NCBI GenBank assembly: GCA_964019335.1
Contig: OZ025674.1
Coordinates: 372,001-436,000, forward strand
DNA length: 64,000 nt
Direction: 5' to 3'
From: Diplonema japonicum
Taxonomy: Eukaryota > Protista > Euglenozoa: Diplonemea
Shown: piece after piece, positions 47,540 through 55,592 of the stretch
Layout of the letters: each line of letters begins with the position of its first letter
Numbering within the stretch: the stretch's first letter is position 1
The notes under the pieces: model-generated
What the model was told of the DNA's origin: nothing
Databases searched by the model: none
Seen by the model: only the letters and a program-made list of their open reading frames with translations
Program-made: the position numbers and the translations under genes

Positions 47540-47789
47540 GTCCACGGTAGGCACCAGCGCACCGCAAAAATAGATCGAGGTTCTTTTTTTTTTTTTTTTT
47601 TTGTGGTCGGGAAAAGTACTCTCCAACCTGCTGGGACACTAGTATGAGCCATTGAAGGGTGCCTCTCGCCTGATGAGGTCAGCACCTGGAGGGGTCGCGA
47701 GATTGACCGAAACTGAGAGATACCTAGTACTGACCATACCTTCCCTTTTTCGGGCATGCGGCTTTCGTCTCAGGGAGCTTGCATGTTAA
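47540..47789 (+). ncRNA. Repeat unit 2: LINE-C 3' UTR segment plus permuted hammerhead ribozyme (core 47664-47714, predicted cleavage after C47696)
   Basis: CTGATGA 47670-47676, stem II GGTCA/TGACC, GAAA 47709-47712, GTC 47694-47696 and stem I TCTCGC/GCGAGA. Segment 47540-47579 matches 31713-31756. Confidence 0.8.
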
Positions 47790-48208
47790 TTTGAATTTTT
47801 TTTTTTCATTCCGTTCCCCTTGAAGAGTTGCTGCTCTCGTTACTTTGTGGTCACCTTTTTTTGTTTTTCCGATTTTCTTCCCCCCCCCCCCCCCGGCAAG
47901 TCGCGGAATGCAGAAGAAGCTACACCTTGGCCGTGGTGTCCTCTGTATCTCAAGTAGACAGTTCTTACCAACATTGGACTCCTGTATTTTACCCCCCCCC
48001 CCCCATCCCTTTTTTTCTTTCGTTCAACATTTTTTTCAAGAATTTTTTAAAAAAAAAAAACACGAAACAAAAAAAAGAAAAAGTGTAAAAAAAAAAAATA
48101 TATATATATACCGTATCAATACTACTCTCCCCCCCCCCCCCTTTGTTGTCAAACCATCTCTTGCAGGTTCAGACAGACTTCTCCGTTACAGGCAAAAAAA
48201 AAAAAAAA

Positions 48209-48808
48209 ATGTCGGTTACACAACAGCATCATTGGGCGAATGTGACGGAGGAGACACTGGTGACAGAGGAGCAGATTAAAAAGAGGCTCGGGGAGCTTGC
48301 CGACGACATGGTGGATGACTACTCCAAGATAATGAAGGAGGGTGAGGAGCTGCTCATCATCTGTATTCTGAAAGGGAGCTACATCCTGACTGCCGACCTC
48401 GCCAGAGAGCTGAGCAAAAGGGGCATTTCCTGCAAGATAGACTTCATGTGTGTGAGTAGTTACGGTTCAAACACAGAAAGCAGCGGGGAAGTTCGGGTTC
48501 TACTTGACCTGAGGCAGCCCATGAAGAACCAGCACGTACTCATTGTTGAAGACATCTGTGAATCAGCCCGGACTCTGTTCTTCCTCCAAAACACGTTCCA
48601 CTCCAGATCCCCTAAGTCCTTAAAGACGATCACCCTGCTTGACAAACCGTACAAGAGAAAGGCCTCTGGGGTAGTCCTTGACTATGTCGGGTTCACTATC
48701 CCTGACAAATTTGTTGTTGGTTACGGTCTTGACTACAACGAGAAATTCAGGAACCTCCAGGATATCATCTCTCTTAAAGAATCCGTGTACAGAAAAGCAA
48801 AGCTTTAG
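48209..48808 (+). CDS. HPRT: Hypoxanthine-guanine phosphoribosyltransferase with C-terminal PTS1
   Basis: ILKGS, SSYG, VLIVEDICESARTL (PRPP-binding loop) and FVVGYGLD motifs. Ends in AKL-stop. Confidence 0.95.
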   Translation: MSVTQQHHWANVTEETLVTEEQIKKRLGELADDMVDDYSKIMKEGEELLIICILKGSYILTADLARELSKRGISCKIDFMCVSSYGSNTESSGEVRVLLDLRQPMKNQHVLIVEDICESARTLFFLQNTFHSRSPKSLKTITLLDKPYKRKASGVVLDYVGFTIPDKFVVGYGLDYNEKFRNLQDIISLKESVYRKAKL

Positions 48809-48989
48809 GGGAAGAAGAAAAAAAAAAAGAAGTTTTTAAAGAAAAAATCATCACCCCCCCCCTTTTTTTTTCCACACACCCGCCAGAGAGAGAAATAATG
48901 AAGATGAAAATAGGATGGGGAGGACTGAGATGAAAAAAAAAAAAAAAAAAAAAAGTGAGAGAAAAAAAAAAAAGAATCATGTTGAGTGT

Positions 48990-49027
<38 letters not shown>

Positions 49028-49045
49028 GAACAAGAAAAACAATAT

Positions 49046-50043
49046 GAGCTCGTCCGAAAAAAAATGTCAACACTTTTTTGGGCACCTCCGAAAATTTCTT
49101 GTTTTGATTATTTGAGCAAAAAAAAGGGCAGCATGCAACCATAGGAAGATGACATACATGGTGTACATGACGCCGTTCTTTCAATTGCGATGCTTGTTTT
49201 GCCATGAGGGTGGCAGGCTTTGCAACCGGCTGCCCGGGAAGCGAAAAACAGAGGTCAGAAAAACGACGAAAAATGTTTAAAATGCAGTTTAAAAGCTTGA
49301 AATGCAGCACCTAGGGTGCATAAAAGTGGTGAACACACACCTTTGTGACCCCTGGGTACAACCCAGGGTCGGGTTACTGTTAAAAGTACTTAGCGAAAAA
49401 TATATGGCGTTGCATAGCCCCCCAAAAACCGGGTTTTTTAGCCCTATTTTTTGCTTTTTCGAGGGGTTCCTAAGGGAATTGGCCTAAAAGGCCCATTTTC
49501 CTGAAAACCCAATTCTTAACACTTGTCTGCTCAACATCGGTATCTTTGGGGCCATACATGCATTCTCTACCCATCTGCTGAGGTTTGTCATTTTTTTTCT
49601 TACTCATGACAAATTAAAGGTTGAGAAGTTTGCTTTTAAAGGGCCCTTAAGGGATTTTAGCCTAATATGGGCATGTAGCCTAAAATAGGCCAAAATGGCA
49701 GTATTTTCCCCACCCCATTTTAATGGTGATAAAGAGCCCAAACCACCCAAAATGACCCCTTAAGTTTCACAGATTTCCCATCTGCGACCATTTCTTCTCG
49801 CTTTTCATTGAAGAAAGCAAAAAAAGAATATGGAGCCTGGGTCATTTACAATTTCCGGATGCCAATGCACGCGCGTTTTAAAAATGAAACAAACGGCGCG
49901 CATTGTGACCTATATGGTGAACACACTTAGACCGCAATTCTGCACACAAAGTGGTGTCGGACTACTTTTGTACTTAGAAATTTACTGAGGATTTTCTGTT
50001 GCAAAAGAGGGTCATTTGTTGACATTTTTTTCCGGACTAGCTC
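49046..50043. mobile_element. ~1 kb MITE / non-autonomous DNA transposon
   Basis: 27-bp imperfect TIRs GAGCTCGTCCGAAAAAAAATGTCAACA / TGTTGACATTTTTTTCCGGACTAGCTC with AT-rich duplicated flanks. It splits a copy of repeat R2. A related terminus lies near 3593. Confidence 0.8.
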
Positions 50044-50775
50044 ATATATTGATAATGAATTGTTATTGCTAAAAAGAGCAGTGGTAGCATTGTTGGGCTT
50101 ATCCTTCTACAGGTTAACCCCCGGCTGTGCACAAACAATTTTTTTTTGGTGGGCCGTTGCTAACCTATCATAGTTGATTTTTTTTTTTTTTCCCAACCCC
50201 GTCCTTCCCACCTTTTTCCATCTCTTTTTCTTTTTCGCGAAAAAATAAGAAAAACACAATATGAGCCCTTTTTATTTTTTATTTTATTTTTTATTTTCCG
50301 AGCAGACTAGAAGAGAGGGGAGGTGCAATTTTTTTAAAAAAAAAAAGAAAGAAAATGAATAAGGGCTGCAAGGTCACAAAAGCGGATGTGAAAGTAAGTA
50401 AAATAGCATTTACCCCCCCCTTTTTTTTGAACATTTTGTCATGAATAGCTAAGTTGTAAAGGAAAGAAAATAAAAACTTATTTATTCAGTTCGAGATCCA
50501 CGCACATACAAAAGGAAAAGATGGGGGGGGAGTAAGAAAAAGAAAATAGAGAGGGGGTAAAAAAAAGATTTTTTTTTCCCCCCTTTCCCTCTTTTTTTTT
50601 TTCCCCTTCCCTCCCCCCGCTTCTCCTTTCTCTAAACGCAAAATACTACGTAATTCCCCCAATTTTTTTTTCTTTTTTTTTCCTTTTTTTTTTTTTTTTT
50701 CTTACCCTTTTTTTTCCTCCCCTTTCCCCACCCCTATTATTATCTTTTTTTTTTTCCCCCAATTTTTTTTTTTTT

Positions 50776-51060
50776 GCTGGAGCTGGCCATAGACTTTAGG
50801 GACTCTCGCCTTGTGAGGAGGATGAGGACATCTAGGAGAGCGCGCGTGTAATAGGCCGGGTGATAGCGTCGCCAGAACGCATCCACACCAGTAAGCGTTT
50901 AGCGTCCCTCATTCCAGCTGCGTCAGTAAGTTTTGTCCACTCCCTACGCACGTTGGGTTACTACAACAGCTCCATAAGGGGCTACTCTTCTAGACCGGTA
51001 TTCGCCTCCCCGGCGGTTGAGGGTTGCCGAAGGCCACACCACAGCAGAAAAGTTCGATCC
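50776..51060 (+). mobile_element. Degenerate 3' fragment of LINE lineage A
   Basis: Aligns to ~9397-9778 with internal deletions. Confidence 0.88.
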
Positions 51061-51110
51061 ACACACCGCTTTTTTTTCCAAAAAAAAAAAAAAATAGTTT
51101 TTATAAAACA

Positions 51111-51141
<31 letters not shown>

Positions 51142-51144
<3 letters not shown>

Positions 51145-52392
51145 TTGGCATCCCTCACATTATTCGCAGCATCGTTGTCAACGTTGCAAACATGCGAGTC
51201 AAACAGTGTTCTTAACAACGTGGCGGTTCAAGAAGAACAGCGTGTGGTTTCTGAAGCGTATGACGGCTTCCACGGGAGGCTGAAGGGGGTTAACAGGGAA
51301 CAGCTTCCGGATGTAGTCATGGAAGAAGAGTTCAACCCGGAAAGCGGCGAAGGAACCCTGTTCAAGCTGTCATCAATAGACACCCTCGAAGAGGTCGAAG
51401 AGGACAAACGAGGCGAAAGGGAGTACATCGACAACGACACCACCGCCGTGAAGAAGAATTTCATGGAAATATTCGAAAAATACCGTTCCACAACGGAAAA
51501 TCATGCTGGTATGCGAGAGTTCCGCGCTTCTATCTTAGGAAGTGGAGATTTAACAGGGATCCCGCTCGACATCATGAAAGACTTCACAGAAGTTGATTTG
51601 TATGACGCCGCTCCGTCCGCAACATATAAAGCCCTCAGAAAATTTCCAGAACTCTCATCAACAGCATCTGTGATCCGGGAGGATATCACCGGGCTGCTTC
51701 CGTCTTTTAGATGGAAATGCGAGTATTTATTTGGCATTGTTGACACTCCTAAACAAGCTTTCAGCCTACTCCGGAAGTACATCGATTCAGATAGATTCTA
51801 CCCGAAACACCTTGGTTATGATGTAGGGTATAATTCATCGCTTCGTTCACTTTCGACTTCCGATGTTATCGTGGTGAACACTTTGTTCCATGAGCTTGGT
51901 GATGGGTTTGTCAGGCACTTATCGACTGAGATGCGTCGTTTAAAGCAAGAAGCATGGCCTGGAATGGAAAGCCCGGTTGCTGGTTTAGGTGGGTCCGTAT
52001 CTACACTGTCCGCTAAGCTTCGATCAAAGCTTGTCGATCGTATTAAATACAAGATTTCTTTAAACCCAAACCGGGTCTTACTGATTCTTTTAACCCTCGA
52101 CCGTAGCACGAGGTACTCCGTCCACCCTGTAACAGGTGCCTTGCAGTTTCCTCATATTCTCAGAAAAGGGAATTCTGAGCGGAATGTGATCCAGGCTTTT
52201 AATACGTCAGAGGCTGTGACTTTGCATGATTCATCTGCAACAATGGTGTCCTACAGGGTGAAGGAAGGGGAGCGCTTGTACGCTGTAGAAGAGACCGTGC
52301 GAGCTACCGCTTTTACATACCACAACGAGTTTAACATGGAGCAATGGTTGGAATCTCTGAGGTCCGGGAACGCTGCGATGTGGGCGGGGTAA
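51142..52392 (+). CDS. Signal-peptide protein with possible class I SAM-dependent methyltransferase fold
   Basis: ATG follows a long poly(A) tract and starts a hydrophobic N-terminus. ILGSGD...IPL...FTEVDLYD...REDITG...DVIV spacing resembles Rossmann MTase motifs. Confidence 0.65.
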
Positions 52393-53359
52393 TGGAAAGC
52401 TTTACAGCTTTCAGAAAGAGAAAAGAAAAAAAAAGAGGGATGGGGGGGGGGGGGGGGGGGGGGAGATAGGATGGCAGAGACGCCCCTTTCCCCCCCCCCC
52501 CCCCCCTCTTCCCATTCAATCCGGTTTTTTTTTTTACTATTATTATTCACACGTTCAAAAAAAAAAAAAGGGTGAACGGGGTGAATCATAATTCATCAGA
52601 TTTTTTTAAAAAGCAAAAAAAAAGAAGGGAAAAAAAAAAGATTTCCTTATGCAACCACAAGCTTTTTTTTTTTTTTCCCCACCATCCATGGTAGCCTGTA
52701 TCATTAGTGGAAGTTTAAAAAAAAGAAAAGAAAAAGAGAATGTAAAAGGGTTTCCATCCTTTTTTAAAAAGAGTAAAAGAGATTCTTTTTTTCTACCCCC
52801 CCCTTTCTTCTTCCCCTCTCTATTCTATTGTTCGTTTCATTTCTTTCATTTTTTTTTTCATTTTTTAAGATTTGCATTCATCGTCAGTATTCCGTTCTTT
52901 TAATAGACCCAACCCACAAGAAGTACAGCCCTCACGTGGGCACTGTCCATAAGTATCGTATTTTATGAGGGAAAGAAAAAAAGAATTTAAAAAAAAAACA
53001 CAGAGATTTCTTTCTTTCAATCCTTTTTTTTTCCCCCCCATTCCTCTCCTTCCTTCCGTCCTTTTCTCATTTTTCTACCACTTTCACCCGAAGGCCTCCT
53101 TCTCGTGAACAGTGATTCTAACATTTTTTTCTTTTTTAAGCGCTAGTAACACGCAGCCCCCCCCCCCCCCCCCCCCCCCCCCCAACAAAACCCCTTCTGA
53201 CACTTATTCCTGCAACAGGCATTTAGGTGTTCCCCCCATCCCCCATCCTACACTAAAAAAAAAAAAAAAAAAGTTAATTTTCTAAATCTAATTTTTTTTA
53301 TTTTTGTTTTGTTATTTTCATTTTTAAAAAAAAAAAAAAAAAAGAAAAATACAAACCAG

Positions 53360-53399
<40 letters not shown>

Positions 53400-53402
53400 A
53401 AT

Positions 53403-55478
53403 ATGAGACACCGACGGATAATACTCATAGTTGCCCTTACTATCCTCCCAATAGCAATTATAACCCAAGCCACAAGTGGCTTCTCTGTGGACTCCGACGT
53501 ACCACGCGTGGAAAAAATAGACACAAGGACAAAGCTACCAAAGTACCTTAAAAGAACGCGATGGATCACAATGGGGCCGAGGACAGAACCTCCGGAGACG
53601 GCAGCTCCAACAAGAGGATGCGTCATCGAAGACGGAACATGGTACGAGGGCTCCTTCATAAGCGAGACAAAGGGAATCCAAGACACCACAGAGTGCAGCG
53701 AACTATGTCTAGAAACCGACGAATGTGGCAGCTTCAACTACCGACACGGCGACCTCGCATGCCATTTATTCAGACCAGGCTCACGAAACCCTCACAAAGA
53801 CCCCTCCCATTCATCTGGAACATGCACCCACGGGTTAAAAATAAGAAAGCAGTCTCAAATAACACCGCTTCCTATAAAACGAACTCACAACGGGTGCGAA
53901 ATAAAAATCGGAATGCGAGGAACAGGGGATGTCCTGACACAAAAGGATTTGAAGGTGTATTCAACAGGTGGTTGTATAGAAGCATGTTTGTACACAGAAA
54001 AGTGTATTGGTGCAGTGTTTCAATATTGGGACAATGGGTGTAAGCTTCTCTCGAAGCTAGATTCCGTTCAAGAGGATAAGCAACAAGACCTCGCCGACTG
54101 TTCCGCAGCACGGAAGAAACCGAAGCGAAAGAACACCGTACTTCCAAACAGCTCGGAACGTGACCTAACCGTGCTTCCATTGACAGAACCTCATCTATGC
54201 AAAAACCCTCAATACCCGGAGTGGAGAGCCAGGGTGAAGACCATCCCGTGCCGTTATAAACCCTCAGCTTCCTTCACTCCGGTTTTACCTGAAACATACG
54301 AACCAAAATGGTATTGTGACAAGCTAGGCAACACATTGACCCCGTACAAGCTTCCCCAAAGGTACACTGAAGACGATCTTGTCGTTGGGATCTACTCTGG
54401 TGAAGGGCTGCTTTACTCCCGCGCGACAGTCTGCGAGGACACATGGCTGTCGGTGATCAAAAGAAAGTCCATTTACATTGCTGGCGACGAGAGGTCTGTT
54501 TACGGTCTTAAAGGGACACCCTCGTTGTCCATCACGTCAATGCGCAACGCTGACAAGAGAATCCGCCCCGAGTCAGAGATGACAAACGCGCACCTGTTGC
54601 AGCTGCACGGTTTGAGGGATATGTACCTGAAGAACCCGAACGCGAAGTGGTTCATCATCGTCGGTGACGACACCTACATCGACGTTGATTTCATGTTGAA
54701 AGGGTTGGAAGTATACGACTCGGATGAGGTGCTGTGGCTGGCACCGGTGTCGTATCGTGAGACTTACGGGAGATCTGACGCATGGAAATGGATCAAAAAA
54801 GTTTCCTCGCTGAAAGATTTTAAATCTCTATTCAAAGAGTCATGGACCGAAAGACACAGCGACCAACAGTTCGAATGGACCACCGGTGCCACAGCATGGG
54901 TTTTGTCAAACCCTGCCGCGAAATTATATTCGGATAACCTCCTTCCTATAATGGACGCTATCGATGTTTCAAAGATTTGCTACTGCCCCGATCTGGTGAC
55001 AGGAATGGTGTTGTCAGTGCTTGGGCTCAAAATAACCACGTTTAACCATATGGTCATGCACCCCTATGCGGTCGATAGTGTTGAGGTTGATTATACGAAA
55101 AAAGAGGAGGTTACTCTTTATCATTATGTCCAGCCGTCCAGGATGATCAGCCTGTCGCAGCGTGCACAGCACGCCAAGCTCGATCGGCTTATCTCGCTTC
55201 AACGTAAGGCACCCATCCGCGATTTTTACAATATGTTGTACACGTCGCATCAGGGTGCTGTGTCCCGACGTACGCTGCAGCTTCAGCACTTCAACGCTAC
55301 GGCGCCTTCCCCCGCCTTGCTTCAACCCCTCGACCCTATGCTGCACGATGATATCTTCATTTCTTCCCTGCGTGTTTTCATCGACACCCATCACTCCCTG
55401 CTCAGGGAGTGGCAAACAGCCGTTCTGCGTGCTGTGCTGTCCAAACGACATGTCCCTGTTTACGATATCCCTGTTTAG
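53403..55478 (+). CDS. Type II membrane Fringe-like (GT31) glycosyltransferase with two PAN/apple domains
   Basis: N-terminal signal anchor, two CxxxC...C PAN patterns and the KWFIIVGDDTY DxD-type motif. Confidence 0.8.
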   Translation: MRHRRIILIVALTILPIAIITQATSGFSVDSDVPRVEKIDTRTKLPKYLKRTRWITMGPRTEPPETAAPTRGCVIEDGTWYEGSFISETKGIQDTTECSELCLETDECGSFNYRHGDLACHLFRPGSRNPHKDPSHSSGTCTHGLKIRKQSQITPLPIKRTHNGCEIKIGMRGTGDVLTQKDLKVYSTGGCIEACLYTEKCIGAVFQYWDNGCKLLSKLDSVQEDKQQDLADCSAARKKPKRKNTVLPNSSERDLTVLPLTEPHLCKNPQYPEWRARVKTIPCRYKPSASFTPVLPETYEPKWYCDKLGNTLTPYKLPQRYTEDDLVVGIYSGEGLLYSRATVCEDTWLSVIKRKSIYIAGDERSVYGLKGTPSLSITSMRNADKRIRPESEMTNAHLLQLHGLRDMYLKNPNAKWFIIVGDDTYIDVDFMLKGLEVYDSDEVLWLAPVSYRETYGRSDAWKWIKKVSSLKDFKSLFKESWTERHSDQQFEWTTGATAWVLSNPAAKLYSDNLLPIMDAIDVSKICYCPDLVTGMVLSVLGLKITTFNHMVMHPYAVDSVEVDYTKKEEVTLYHYVQPSRMISLSQRAQHAKLDRLISLQRKAPIRDFYNMLYTSHQGAVSRRTLQLQHFNATAPSPALLQPLDPMLHDDIFISSLRVFIDTHHSLLREWQTAVLRAVLSKRHVPVYDIPV

Positions 55479-55592
55479 CTTTTTTTTATTTTTTTTTCTT
55501 TTTGGATATTGTTGCTTTCTTTTTTTTTTTTGTTGTTGTTGTTTCACCATATCCACAACAGGGCACTGGGGAGGCGGGGGGAGGGGTGCAGC

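Noticed and set aside
47709-47740. Conventional type I hammerhead using GTA at 47727-47729
   Set aside because: The sequence after GTA does not pair with the strand before CTGATGA, and the GTA is absent from copy 1. The internal GTC pairs correctly in both copies.
50860-51141. LINE-derived N-terminal fusion to the downstream gene (510-aa ORF)
   Set aside because: The frame passes through poly-T and poly-A tracts. ATG 51142 follows the usual A leader and begins a signal peptide.
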